64,000 bases of DNA from an uncultured Spirochaetota bacterium (GCA_963827275.1 CAWHAA010000010.1:352001-416000); one strand, 5' to 3'. Shown: positions 1 to 10,735, counted from the first letter of the stretch. Program-made: numbers and translations. The notes: generated from the sequence alone by a model not told the origin.

Positions 1-938
1 CATCCGCCGTGCCCGATAACGCCGGCGCGGCACGTCATATCGCCGATGCCTACGGATTTCCCCTGCACGTACTGGACCTTGAGGAAGCCTTTGTGTCCCT
101 TGTCATCGCGCCATTCTGCCGCGACTACCTGCAGGGCCGCACCCCGAACCCGTGCGTCCGGTGCAATCCCCTCATCAAATTCGGCCGCCTGCTCGAATAC
201 GCGAAATCGCTCGGGTGCGAAAAAATGGCGACCGGCCATTACGCCCTGATCAGGACCTCCGATGCCGGGAGGCGGTATGTGGCGAGGGGCGCCGAAACCG
301 CGAAGGACCAGACCTACTTCCTTTACATGCTCACGCAGGAGAGCCTGGGCAGTTCCCTCTTCCCGCTCGGCGGGTACACGAAGGAACAGGTGCGCAGCAT
401 GGCCGGGACACGGGGGCTGGACGTCGCGAAGCGTCCCGAGAGCCAGGAGATATGCTTCATCCCCGACAACCGCTACGCAGACTTTATCGAGCGGGAAACC
501 GGCGCCGGCAGGGGACCGGGGGATATCGTTGATTCGAACGGCGCAGTGATCGGCAGACACCGCGGCATTCACCGCTACACGATCGGGCAGCGCAGGGGCC
601 TGGGCATAGCGGCGCCCCGCCCCCTCTATGTCGTCAGCATCGATCCGGAAAAGAACCGCATCATCGCCGGGCCGCAGGAAGAACTCGAGACGACCGCCCT
701 TGTCGCCGGTGACATCCATTATATGAAAGAAACGGACCTGCGCGACCGGGACGTCCTGGTTAAAACGCGGTCCACCCAGCCGCCGGTGGCGGCGCGGCTC
801 ACTGCAGCGAACGGCGGGCTGCTGGTCACGTTCGGCGAGCCGCAAATCGGCATTTCTCCCGGGCAGGCGGCGGTCTTTTACAATGAGGCGATGGAAGTAC
901 TGGGAGGCGGCGTCATAGAACGGGCCATGCGCGGGTGA
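1..938 (+). CDS. mnmA: tRNA-specific 2-thiouridylase, 5' end outside window
   Basis: Motifs GRTPNPCVRCN, ATGHYA, KDQTYFL, ESQEICF, YTIGQRRGLG and PGQAAVFY. The N-terminal SGGVDS motif is missing because the window cuts the gene. Confidence 0.95.
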   Translation, partial: SAVPDNAGAARHIADAYGFPLHVLDLEEAFVSLVIAPFCRDYLQGRTPNPCVRCNPLIKFGRLLEYAKSLGCEKMATGHYALIRTSDAGRRYVARGAETAKDQTYFLYMLTQESLGSSLFPLGGYTKEQVRSMAGTRGLDVAKRPESQEICFIPDNRYADFIERETGAGRGPGDIVDSNGAVIGRHRGIHRYTIGQRRGLGIAAPRPLYVVSIDPEKNRIIAGPQEELETTALVAGDIHYMKETDLRDRDVLVKTRSTQPPVAARLTAANGGLLVTFGEPQIGISPGQAAVFYNEAMEVLGGGVIERAMRG

Positions 939-991
939 ATGCCACGCAGCGACAGCATGATATTCACATCCTTCGCACAAGGAGCTCCACC

Positions 992-1978
992 ATGAAGAAA
1001 ATAATTGCATCATTCCTGCTTGCCCTGCTGGCCCCGCTGGTTTCGGCCGGGTGCGGCGACATGGACCTGTATAACAGCCTGCTGATCCCCGAACCGCCGC
1101 CGGTCCAGGGGAGCGTGCGCATGACCTGGCTCGGCACCGCAGGCGTCCTGCTAACCGACGGGAAAACCGGCATCCTGATAGATCCCTATGTGAGCAGGTT
1201 CGGGATGCGTGCGATCGCACTCGGTTCTCCGCTGGAGCCCGACCGCGCGCTCATAAAAAAATGGTGCGGGGACCTGGCGGGCGACGGTCAAAAAATTGCC
1301 GCGATCATCGTAAGCCACAGCCACTTCGATCATGCAGCGGACGCTCCCTTTTTCGCACTTGAGACAGGCGCCCCGCTCATCGGGACGGAGAGCACCATGA
1401 ATATCGGCAGGGGCGCCGGCCTCCCGGAACGCCTATTGCTCGCGGTGGAGCCGGGCCAAACCATGGAGTTCGGGGACTTTACCGTGCAGTTCATAGAAAG
1501 CGCCCACGGGCCGGCCTTTCTTGGCCGGGTGCCCTATCCCGGTATGATCGACGCGCCCCTTGTCCCGCCCGCGGCGGCGAGCAGGTACAGGCTGGGCGGC
1601 GTTTTCTCACTGCTGATCACCCACCCATCCGGGACGATCCTTCATCATGGAAGCGCCGGCTTCCTGCCAGGCATGTACGATGCCGTAAGGGCTGACGCTG
1701 TCCTTCTCGGCATCACCGGCAGGAAAGACACCGATAACTATCTTGATCAGGTAATGACGGGAACAGGAGCGCGACTCCTTGTGCCGATCCACCATGACAA
1801 TTTCTTCAAGCCGATAGCGGGAGGCATGTCGTTTCTACCCACGGCGGGATTCGATGAATTCTGCAAAACCGCGGCGAAACGCCGACCGGCGTTTTCACTG
1901 CACACGGTACCGCTCGGGAAAGCGGTAGCGATTCTGCCTCTACCGGCCTCAGCCCGGACGCGCGGCCCTGCCAGGTAA
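992..1978 (+). CDS. MBL-fold metallo-hydrolase, probable lipoprotein
   Basis: WLGTAG, ILIDPY, SHSHFDH metal motif and PIHHD. Signal peptide MKKII...SAGC with lipobox-like Cys. Start moved to ATG 992. Confidence 0.85.
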   Translation: MKKIIASFLLALLAPLVSAGCGDMDLYNSLLIPEPPPVQGSVRMTWLGTAGVLLTDGKTGILIDPYVSRFGMRAIALGSPLEPDRALIKKWCGDLAGDGQKIAAIIVSHSHFDHAADAPFFALETGAPLIGTESTMNIGRGAGLPERLLLAVEPGQTMEFGDFTVQFIESAHGPAFLGRVPYPGMIDAPLVPPAAASRYRLGGVFSLLITHPSGTILHHGSAGFLPGMYDAVRADAVLLGITGRKDTDNYLDQVMTGTGARLLVPIHHDNFFKPIAGGMSFLPTAGFDEFCKTAAKRRPAFSLHTVPLGKAVAILPLPASARTRGPAR

Positions 1979-1983
1979 GACGT

Positions 1984-2937
1984 TCAATCGTCAACGCGCT
2001 TTTTCCCGGCATGGGGGTGGAAGCGGTTGAATACCTTTTTAAGCCTTTCCTTTGTCGTGTGGGTGTACACCTGTGTCGTGGAGAGGTTCTTGTGCCCGAG
2101 CATCTCCTGCACCGCCCTGATGTCGGCGCCCTGGTCCAGGAGCTCCGTGGCAAAACTGTGCCGCAGGGTATGGGGCGATACGCGGTCATGCAGGCCGGCG
2201 GCGCGGGCGCGCTTCACCACGATATCATAGGCCCCGCGCACGGTAAGCCGTCCGCCGTCCCGGCCGTTGATGAAGAGAGGGCCCGCCGGAGCGCCGAACT
2301 TCCGCTGCCGTTCGACGAAATACGCGCGGAGGCGCGCGGCCGCGCTTGCCGTGATAAAAACGATGCGCTCCTCTGCCCCCTTGCCCATGACCTTAAGCCG
2401 TCCGCTTGAAAAGTCAAGGTCCGTCATGTCCGCCGAACAGAGCTCGGACACGCGCGCGCCGGTGGAATAGAACGTCTCAAGGAGGGCGCTGTCACGGTAA
2501 TCGATGAACGACGCGCACTCGAAGGCAAGGACGGCGTCCACCTGGTTCAGGTGCAGAAACCTGGGCAGCCTTGACTCCTTTTTCGGGTAGCCGACCTTGA
2601 GCGCGGGGTTCGTCTGCACGACCCCCCGGTTGAAAAGAAAATTGAAGAATGACCTGATAGACGCTATGCGCCGCTCGATGCTCGATCGCTTCAGGCCGCA
2701 GTCGTAGGAATATTCGATAAAGGCGGTTATGTCTTCGGTCCCGATACCCGTTACAGGCACATCGTCATTGTTGACCCGGACCTGCACTTCATAGCGTTCC
2801 CTGGTGCCGGGCCCCATATCGCCCGCCAGGAAACGATAGAACTGCTGGAGGTCCCTGCTATAGGATTCAATCGTTTTTTCCGATGAGTTCTTCTCGATGC
2901 CGAGATACCTCATGAATTGGTCGATTTCAGCTATCAT
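1984..2937 (-). CDS. xerC: Tyrosine recombinase XerC/XerD family
   Basis: TGARVSEL, GKGAEER, HTLRHSFAT and LGH...TTQVYTH catalytic residues. Lies downstream of topA as in the conserved dprA-topA-xerC order. Confidence 0.88.
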   Translation of the reverse strand: MIAEIDQFMRYLGIEKNSSEKTIESYSRDLQQFYRFLAGDMGPGTRERYEVQVRVNNDDVPVTGIGTEDITAFIEYSYDCGLKRSSIERRIASIRSFFNFLFNRGVVQTNPALKVGYPKKESRLPRFLHLNQVDAVLAFECASFIDYRDSALLETFYSTGARVSELCSADMTDLDFSSGRLKVMGKGAEERIVFITASAAARLRAYFVERQRKFGAPAGPLFINGRDGGRLTVRGAYDIVVKRARAAGLHDRVSPHTLRHSFATELLDQGADIRAVQEMLGHKNLSTTQVYTHTTKERLKKVFNRFHPHAGKKRVDD

Positions 2938-5104
2938 CCCCCCTGCTGCTCGGAGCCGTTATTGGCCTGCCCGTTGCCGTTTCCATTGCCGTTCGCCTGC
3001 GCCGTCTCGTCGAGGAGCTCCACCTGGTAGCCGCACGACTCCTTGAGGCAGATAAGCTTTTCGCCCTTGCCCTTGATGATCTTTTTGAAGAGGAGCTTGC
3101 CGCACCGGGGACAGGCTTTTTCCGCCGGCGTGTCCCGGGTGAAAAATTCGCAGGTCGGGTAGCTGGAGCACGCGTAGAAGGTGCCGCCCCTCCCCTTTTT
3201 TGACGAACGCTTGATCACGTCCCCGTCCTCGCACCGGGGACATTTCCCCAGGGGGAGCGGCTTGGAGTTGCGGCATTCCGGAAACCCGGGGCATGCGAGG
3301 AAAAACCCGAACTTGCCGAGCTTTTTCACCATCTTGCGGCCGCACTTCTCGCAGACAATATCGGTCTCGACGTCAAGGATGCCCTTCATCTCCTCGATGT
3401 TTATCTCGGCCTGGTCAACAGTGTCCTTGAACGGAGCGTAAAACTCGCCGAGCATCTTCTTCCAGTCCGTTTTCGCGTCCTCGATATGGTCGAGCTGGTC
3501 CTCCATGTTGGCGGTAAAATCGATCGACACCAGCGAGGCAAAATGCTTCGCCATGATGTCGTTCACCAGCTTGCCGAGGATGGTCGGCACCAGCTGCTTT
3601 CCCGACCTGGTGACGTAGTAGCGCTTGACCAGGGTGTTGATGGTCGGCGCGTACGTTGACGGCCGTCCGATCCCCGACTCTTCGAGGAATTTGACAAGGG
3701 AAGCGTCGTTGTAGCGCGGCGGCGGGGTTGTGAAATGCTGTTCCGGAAAAAACTCATTGACAGCCAGCCGGTCACCGACCTCGAGCTTCGGCAGGGAGGA
3801 ACGCTCGGTCTTGTCGGTCGTCTCGACGGCGGTGAAGCCCTTGAACAGCACCCTGCTCCCGTTGGCCCTGAACACGTACTCCCCCGCTTCGAGGGAGACG
3901 GTGGTGACCTCGGAGACCTCGGGGGTCATCTGTGACGCTACGAAGCGCTTCCAGATAAGGTCATAGAGCTTGAACTGGTCCCTGGTGAGGTCGCCCTTTA
4001 TTGAATCCGGGGTCCGCAGCACGTCCGTCGGCCGTATCGCCTCGTGGGCGTCCTGGGCCCCTTTCTTGTTCGCGTAATAGTTCGGCTTTTCCGGAAGGTA
4101 GTCGCCGCTGTGAGGTAGTGGTGATGATACTCCCGCACGACCTGTAGCACGCCTTCGGATATCCGGGTCGAATCAGTTCTCATGTAGGTGATGAGGCCGG
4201 TCGGGCCCTTCTCCGGTGATATCGATGCCCTCGTAGAGCTGCTGCGCTATGATCATCGTCTTCTGCGACGTGAACCCGAGCCGGTTGGCGGCATCCTGCT
4301 GGAGCTTGCTTGTAATGAAGGGCGCCGACGGTTTGCGCTTTCGCTCCTGCACCTTGACTGTCCCTGACCGTCATCTCCTTCCCCTTCAGGTACTCGAGTA
4401 CCGTGTCGATCTCGGCCTTGCCGCGTATCCTGATCTTTTCATTGCGGAACGCCGCAAGCTGCGCCCTGAAGGTCTTGCCTGTGCGACGTGAGCTCGACTT
4501 CGAGCGACCAGTATTCTTCGGGGATGAAGTTGTCGATCTCCTTCTCGCGGTCGCAGATGACCTTGAGCGCCACCGACTGCACCCTTCCGGCCGACAGCCC
4601 CTTCTTGACCTTCTTCCAGAGTATGGGGCTTATGTTGTAGCCGACGATCCTGTCGAGGATCCGGCGTGCCTGCTGCGCGTTGACGAGGTCCATGTTGATC
4701 TCGCGCGGCTTCGAGACGGCTTCCTTGACCGCGTGCTCGGTGATTTCGTTGAACTCGATCCTCTTTATGTCGCCGTTTTTATCGGCGAGGGCGTTGGAGA
4801 GGTGCCACGATATCGCTTCCCCTTCACGGTCCGGGTCAGTCGCAAGGAGTACGCTTGTTACACCCGAGGCCAGCTTCTTCAGCTCGTTGAGTATCTTCGC
4901 CTTGCCGCGGATGGTTATGTATTCCGGTTTGAAATTATCTGCAACGTCGATCGCGAGACGCGACTTCGGCAGGTCGATGATGTGCCCGACCGATGAGGAG
5001 ATGACATAGCCGTCTCCCAGGTATTTATGGATGGTCTTCGCCTTTGAAGGCGACTCGACGATCACCAGCGTGTTCGCCCTCTTGTTCCCGTTCTTTTTGC
5101 TCAT
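2934..5104 (-). CDS. topA: DNA topoisomerase I, broken by several frameshifts between about 4100 and 4490 (probable sequence errors)
   Basis: [56 protein letters not shown] and C-terminal Cys4 zinc ribbons, spread over different frames. Confidence 0.93.
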
Positions 5105-5178
5105 CCCTTGTCCCCGTCTTGGTATCGGTCGGCCCCATGGCGTTCCGGCCGCTTCATAACAACTGGAAATATATGACC

Positions 5179-5790
5179 CTATTTGTCAAATAATTCTTTT
5201 ATATTCTTTCCCGGGTCCCATCGCACCAGCGCGTACAGGAGGCCGCCGAGCAAAATCGTCAGGATGATAAAAATTATTTTCCGCTCCGATGAATAATAGA
5301 CCGCCGTGTCATACGTGCGCTCGAATCTGAGCGCCCCGATCACCTCGCGCCTGTTCCACCTTGTGTGGCAGAATTTGCAATCGCCGCGAGCGACCAGCGG
5401 CACCACGGAGAAATACCTGCCGCTCCTGATCCCGGAATGCGTCTTCGGCGCGCGGGCATTCATCACCCTTAAAATTTCGCGGTCAGGCTGACCGGCTTTC
5501 TCTCCGGGAGCAGGAACGCGGTGTCCCTTGTAATCGTACACCGTGATCCTGATAGCATGCTTCACTCCGGTGTCAGTGAGAAAAATCCAGGCGTATTCCG
5601 GCCGGGCCATCGACTTGATGCCGATAAAAGAGTCTGTTATGACGCCAAACCCCCGGTCAAGCTCGTCGAAATATCCCGATTTATACAACGGAAAGACGTC
5701 GTCCGCGAACGGAGGGACAGGGAAAATCTGGGACATGGAAATCAGCATCAATGACCCTATGATGATCGCGAATATGAGCTTTACCTTCAC
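5179..5790 (-). CDS. Membrane-anchored protein with a single CXXCH motif (putative c-type heme sensor-like domain)
   Basis: Hydrophobic N- and C-terminal segments and CKFCH in the context [14 protein letters not shown]...GAL. Confidence 0.6.
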   Translation of the reverse strand: MKVKLIFAIIIGSLMLISMSQIFPVPPFADDVFPLYKSGYFDELDRGFGVITDSFIGIKSMARPEYAWIFLTDTGVKHAIRITVYDYKGHRVPAPGEKAGQPDREILRVMNARAPKTHSGIRSGRYFSVVPLVARGDCKFCHTRWNRREVIGALRFERTYDTAVYYSSERKIIFIILTILLGGLLYALVRWDPGKNIKELFDK

Positions 5791-5805
5791 TTCACGCTCC
5801 TGCCA

Positions 5806-6999
5806 TTACACTCGTGATATAATGTTCCCGCTGCGCGTAATCCTGCCGCCGAGCTCCAGCAGGACGACCGCCTCGTTGACCTCTCCCGGGTTTGCCGCCA
5901 TCCGTCTCGTGATCGTATCAATGTCAAAATCACCCGTCTCCAGGAAGCGAAGGATTCGTGACGCCAGGGTGTCCGGACCGGGCTCTTCCGGCGCTTCCCG
6001 GGACAGATCCCCCTGTGGGGTCGTCCCGGCCAGGGCCGGGGGCTCGCGCACTGCGACACCGGCGCACCGCGACAGCTCTTCGACAATATCTTCGGTGCAC
6101 GATACCAGGACCGCCCCGTTCCTGATGAGCCGGTGGCAGCCCGCGTATCCATCGTCAAACGAGTTGCCGGCGCAGGCGAATACCTCGCGGTTCTGCTCCA
6201 ATGCATGGCGCGCCGTAATGAGCGCACCGCTCCGCTCCCCCGCCTTTACCACCACCGTGCCCGCGCAGAGACCGCTGATGATGCGGTTCCTCCTGACAAA
6301 GGTCCATTTCCCCGCCATGATGCCGGGAGGGTACTCTGAAACGAGCGCCGAGCCCGGAGAGGTCTCTATCAAGCGGAAGAGGTCACGGTTCGGCCATGGA
6401 TAGATAATGTCAATGCCGTTTGCAAGCACGCCGACCGTGCGCCCTTTTTCATCGAGCGCGCCCAGGTGCGCTTCCCTGTCGACCCCCACGGCCATACCGC
6501 TGACCACTGCGAATCCCCGCGCACTCATCTCCCGCGCGATCCTCCGCGCGATAAGCGCTGACCGGGTGTCCGCCCTCCTGGTGCCTACTATGGCTACAGA
6601 GGGGCCGGCGGGCATCTCTCCTTTCACATAGAGGACCGGCGGCGGGCACTGGACCTCCCGGAGCAGCGCCGGGTAATCATGGTCCCAGAACGTGAGGACC
6701 CGTATCGACTGTGACGACGCCGCATCGATGATCATCCGCGCGACGGAAAGCGGATCACCGGGATACGCTTCGGTCAAATACGCCTGCACCGCAGGCCTGC
6801 AATTCCGGCTGATGACGCTGAATATCTCCGCCGGGGGCATGCGCGACTGGAGCATGTCCCATATACCGTTGCGGGCCGGAGATGAAACCGTTGAAACTGC
6901 GATCGCGAAGATCAGTTCGTCATCCGTCAAACAGGCCGGCGCCGCTTCATCCTGATGAAATAACATTCCCTGTAGCATGATCGTCCCGCCTCTCTCCAT
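5806..6999 (-). CDS. dprA: DNA-processing protein DprA
   Basis: YPALLREV, PPPVLYVKG, AIVGTRR, VSGMAVGVD, VSEYPPG, RRNRIISGL, SGALITA and a C-terminal winged-helix-like segment. Exact start uncertain. Confidence 0.93.
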   Translation of the reverse strand: MERGGTIMLQGMLFHQDEAAPACLTDDELIFAIAVSTVSSPARNGIWDMLQSRMPPAEIFSVISRNCRPAVQAYLTEAYPGDPLSVARMIIDAASSQSIRVLTFWDHDYPALLREVQCPPPVLYVKGEMPAGPSVAIVGTRRADTRSALIARRIAREMSARGFAVVSGMAVGVDREAHLGALDEKGRTVGVLANGIDIIYPWPNRDLFRLIETSPGSALVSEYPPGIMAGKWTFVRRNRIISGLCAGTVVVKAGERSGALITARHALEQNREVFACAGNSFDDGYAGCHRLIRNGAVLVSCTEDIVEELSRCAGVAVREPPALAGTTPQGDLSREAPEEPGPDTLASRILRFLETGDFDIDTITRRMAANPGEVNEAVVLLELGGRITRSGNIISRV

Positions 7000-7185
7000 G
7001 TGATCGGTTCTCCTGCTCTAACGATCCGGAGAGGTCGGGTGTGAAAATTATTTCACCCATTTAGACGATAATTTCAATGAACTGCACTAATGTGACATAA
7101 TTATGAACAGTGTGTAATTTTTATCAATATTTATTTTTATTTAAGGGGAAAAATATTCCATGATGACTGGCAGAGGTAGTAACCT

Positions 7186-7355
7186 GGCAACAGTTATCGG
7201 TAGTACCGGAGGGGCAGAATAGCTTCGAGACCGATAGTTATCGGTAACCCTCAGGGGTCAGAGCAACTTCCGGACCGATAGTTATCGGTAGCTCCCAGGG
7301 GTCAGAGCAACGTTCGCACCGATAGTTATCGGTAGCTCCCAGGGGTCAGAGCAAC
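7186..7355. repeat. Tandem array of 44-bp units (3 good, 1 degenerate) with palindromic core ACCGATAGTTATCGGT
   Basis: Units start at 7186 (degenerate), 7230, 7274 and 7318. Consensus ACCGATAGTTATCGGTAGCTCCCAGGGGTCAGAGCAAC plus 6 variable nt. Confidence 0.95.
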
Positions 7356-7371
7356 CCGCCACCGGGGCAAT

Positions 7372-7399
7372 AAAAAAAGCCGGCGTTTCCGCCGGCTTT
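7372..7399 (-). terminator. Rho-independent terminator of the acyl-CoA dehydrogenase gene
   Basis: AAAGCCGGCG-TTTC-CGCCGGCTTT hairpin with an A7 run (U-tract on the minus strand) just past the stop at 7423. Confidence 0.85.
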
Positions 7400-7422
7400 C
7401 TGATGTCTCGTTGTGCTTCTTC

Positions 7423-9298
7423 TTACGACTCGAGCATGCCCGTGAACGTCGCGTCGGAGGCCTTGACCACCGCGCCTTCGCCGAACATAAGGGCTTCGAT
7501 CTTGCCGAAGAATTTCGGGAATTCCGCGCCGAGATAGAACTGGGAAGAAATGACCTTCCCGCTGTAAAACGCGGCTTCCTTGTTGTCCTTGAGCAGCGCT
7601 TCGCGGTCTCGGACCTTTCTTGTCGCCGACAAGCTCTTTCATCTTGGGGATGGTCTTGGTCAGCATCCAGAGGTGGGCCCACGCGATGCAGAGCATGAAC
7701 ATCGCCTGCTGCAGCGGTGTCGCGTTCATGAAGAGGAGCAGGAACTGCCCTTTCTTCATCTGCTCTTTCATCATCTCGATGACTTCGTCGAGCTTCTGGA
7801 GCCCGCGCTCCACCAGGCCGATATACTTGTCTTCAACTATGCCCTTGGCATTGGCGCAAACTTCGTTTATCTTCTTCTTGAGTATGGAGTAGTTGTACTG
7901 ATCCGGGTTCATCAGTATCTTCCGGAAGGTCAGGTCCATCGACTGGATGCCGTTCGTTCCTTCATAGATACAGGTGATCTTCGAATCCCGCATCATCTGC
8001 TCGATGGGATATTCGCTGCAGAACCCGTAGCCGCCGTATACCTGCATCGCTTCCGAGGTGATCTCGACTGACTTGTCGGTGTTGCCCGCCTTGCATATCG
8101 GGATCATGATCTCGGCAATGGCATCGGCTTCTTTCTTCTTGTCGCCTTCGCTGAAGTGCGCGATGTTCAGGCTGTGCGAGAGGTAATAGGTGATGAACCG
8201 CATGCCCTCGACATGGGACTTCATCCAGAGGAGCATCCGCTTCACGTCAGGGTGCTGGCTGATGGCAACAAGCTTGGCATCGGGATTCAGCATCTGGGTG
8301 ACATGGACGCCCTGCTGCCTGTTTTTCGCGTAGGTGGCGGCATGCATGTACGCGGCGCTGGAAAGGGCTTCAGCCTGCAGGGCGACGCCGAGACGCGCTT
8401 CGTTCATCATCTGGAACATGATCTTCATGCCCTGGCGCTCTTCGCCGAGGAGCCAGCCCTTGCAGGTGCCGTTGTCGCCGAAGCTCAGCGTACAGGTCGC
8501 GGAGCCCTTGATGCCCATCTTGTGCTCGATGCCGGCGCAGGTGACGTCATTCTGCGCGCCGAGGGAGCCGTCCTTGTTCACCAGGAACTTGGGGACCATG
8601 AAGATCGAGATGCCCTTCGTACCCGCCGGGTCGCCTTCGATCCGGGCAAGGACGGGGTGTACCATGTTCTTGTAATAATCGTTTTCACCGGAAGAGATGA
8701 ATATCTTCTGGCCGGTGATCTTGTAGGTGCCGTCCGCCTGTTTGACGGCTTTTGATTTCAGGTTGCCGACATCGGAACCTGCGTCAGGCTCGGTCAGACA
8801 CATGGTGCCGCCCCATTCGCCGGTCATCATCTTGGGGATATATGTGTCTTTCTGCTCTTTGGTCCCGAAGGCAGTTATGAGTTCCATTGCGCCGTGGCTC
8901 AGGCCCGGGTACATGACCAGGTTGTAGTTGCCTGCCATGATCGTCTCGACCGCCGACATATACATGATGGCGGGCATTCCCATTCCGCCGTATTCCGGAT
9001 CGTCCATCGTGCCATAGATGCCGGCTTCGTAATACGCGTCAAGGACCGGCTTGTAGCACGCGGGAATGGTGACGCCCTTGGTCTTGGGATCAAACACGCA
9101 CCCGACTTTATCTCCCTCTTTATAAGTGGGGAACACTTTCTCTACCGCGAGTTTTTCCGCGAGATCGAGGGTGCTCTCAAAAGTCTCCCGGTCGTAATCT
9201 GCGTACGCGGGGAATTCTTTCGTGAATTTTTCGAGCTCAAGCATTTCGAAAAGGCAAAAACGTATGTCTCTTGAATCTATCAAAGGATTTAAAGCCAT
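7423..9298 (-). CDS. Long acyl-CoA dehydrogenase (about 600 aa type), one frameshift near 7615
   Basis: TMCLTEPDAGSD, EHKMGIKGSATC, QVYGGYGF and IYEGTNGIQ. The true C-terminus (FYSGKVISSQFY...MLES) is in the 7423..7632 frame. RBS AGGAGG upstream. Confidence 0.9.
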
Positions 9299-9719
9299 CA
9301 GGGACCTCCTCTTAGTATTGTTTGTTTTATTATTTTACTTCTTGAAGAGATATTAATAAACGGTGTGGACCGGGATCCCGTGGGTTGTAACCTTACGCCG
9401 CAGGAGCCGATTGCAAACCTGATCTAAAAATCTCTCTGCCTCATGCCCGGTCAAGTCTTAAATTATTATTACAGGCAAAATTCATTAAAAATCACGCCTT
9501 TTGGTGATGGTAATGAGGATGGTTCCGAATAATAAGAAAAGAGCCGAATCCCCACTAATTTCAGCATAAAATCCGGTTATTATATGTCAACGGAAATAAT
9601 AGGATTTTAATCAAAAAAACGTCAGAATTGCATACTTGTAAAACGTGAATTGAATATTCTCAAAAGCATTTTTCTATTTACCTGAGCAGCGATCTGTTTT
9701 TAAGAATGAAAGCTTTTCA

Positions 9720-9749
9720 TTGACTTTTTGCATGATATCCTGTTAATGT
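9720..9749 (+). promoter_or_regulatory. Putative sigma70 promoter of the second dprA and mltG
   Basis: TTGACT-N18-TAATGT with extended -10 TG. Confidence 0.45.
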
Positions 9750-9807
9750 CATTAAAATTTAAATAAGGGGCGGGGTATGAAGCCCGGATCCGCACCGCAG
9801 AATTAAT

Positions 9808-10731
9808 ATGAACAGCACAAAATACTGGATAGCACTTGAACAGTCGCACGGTATCGGGCCGGCCCACCTGATCGAGATTCACAAGGCATTGAACGAGGTC
9901 AACCTTTCGTTGACTGACCTGGGCGACCTGTCTGCCGACGAGATTAAAAAGGAGTTCCGCTTCCCTGACAAGGTTACCGAGGCGCTCGCCGGGCTGTCAT
10001 CCGTCCTTCCGAGGATAGAGGAAGATTACTTCAAGCTCCTTGAATCGGGTATTGAGGTTGTGCCGTTCTTCTCGGAACGCTACCCGGCGCGCCTGGCCGA
10101 GGTCCTCGGAAACGCCCTCCCGCCCCTCCTCTACGTCTGCGGCAACGCCGGGCTGCTGAAGAACAGGGGGGTCGCCATTCTCGGCGACAGGGACGTCAGC
10201 GACCGTGGCGAGATGATCTCCTTCGGGGCGGCCCGAGAGCTCTCGCGGCACTCGATCGCCGTCATCAGCGGCTACGCGCAGGGCGTTGGCATGATCGCGC
10301 ACCGGTCCGCGCTGGTCAACGGCGGCGCCACGATTGCTTTCGTTCCGTACGGCATTTTTCACCTGAAGATGCCGGACATCCTCAAGGACGTGATGGACCT
10401 CGAGCGCTTCGCGATCGTCTCGCCCTTCTACCCGACCAGGGAACCCAACAAGTACAACGCCTTCATACGGAACAAGTTCATCTGCGCACTTTCATATGCG
10501 GTCTACATCGTTGAGGCCCCGGCTGACGGGGGGATATTCGAGGCGGCAAAATCGGCGCACAACCTGAACGTCCCGCTCTACACGACGGAATATGCCGACA
10601 TCCCGAAAAACGCGCCGGGCAACAGGAAGATACTGGACGAACTTGGCGGCATGCCCGTCCTTGGCAGGATGGAAAACGGCATGCTCGTTCCCAATATGGA
10701 CACAATAATCGGAAGCGCGAAATTCGGATAA
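9808..10731 (+). CDS. Second, divergent DprA/Smf (SLOG-fold) protein lacking the C-terminal winged helix
   Basis: GIGP N-terminal motif, YPARL, PPLLYVCGN, VAILGDR, ISGYAQGVG and RNKFICALS. Confidence 0.85.
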   Translation: MNSTKYWIALEQSHGIGPAHLIEIHKALNEVNLSLTDLGDLSADEIKKEFRFPDKVTEALAGLSSVLPRIEEDYFKLLESGIEVVPFFSERYPARLAEVLGNALPPLLYVCGNAGLLKNRGVAILGDRDVSDRGEMISFGAARELSRHSIAVISGYAQGVGMIAHRSALVNGGATIAFVPYGIFHLKMPDILKDVMDLERFAIVSPFYPTREPNKYNAFIRNKFICALSYAVYIVEAPADGGIFEAAKSAHNLNVPLYTTEYADIPKNAPGNRKILDELGGMPVLGRMENGMLVPNMDTIIGSAKFG

Positions 10732-10735
10732 GCCC

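Noticed and set aside
1730..1742. Partial match ACCGATAACTATC to the repeat core
   Set aside because: Only 13 of 16 bases, inside a CDS and without the repeat tail; probably chance.
1984..2937. Tyrosine recombinase as a prophage or island integrase
   Set aside because: XerC-like size and motifs in the housekeeping dprA-topA-xerC context; no att sites or mobile genes nearby.
7186..7355. CRISPR array interpretation of the 44-bp repeats (38-bp repeat ending GCAAC)
   Set aside because: Variable segments are only 3-6 nt, far too short for spacers, and there are no cas genes in the window.
9365..9452. tRNA-like element ending in CCA on the minus strand
   Set aside because: No TTC T-loop, D-arm or anticodon arm could be built.
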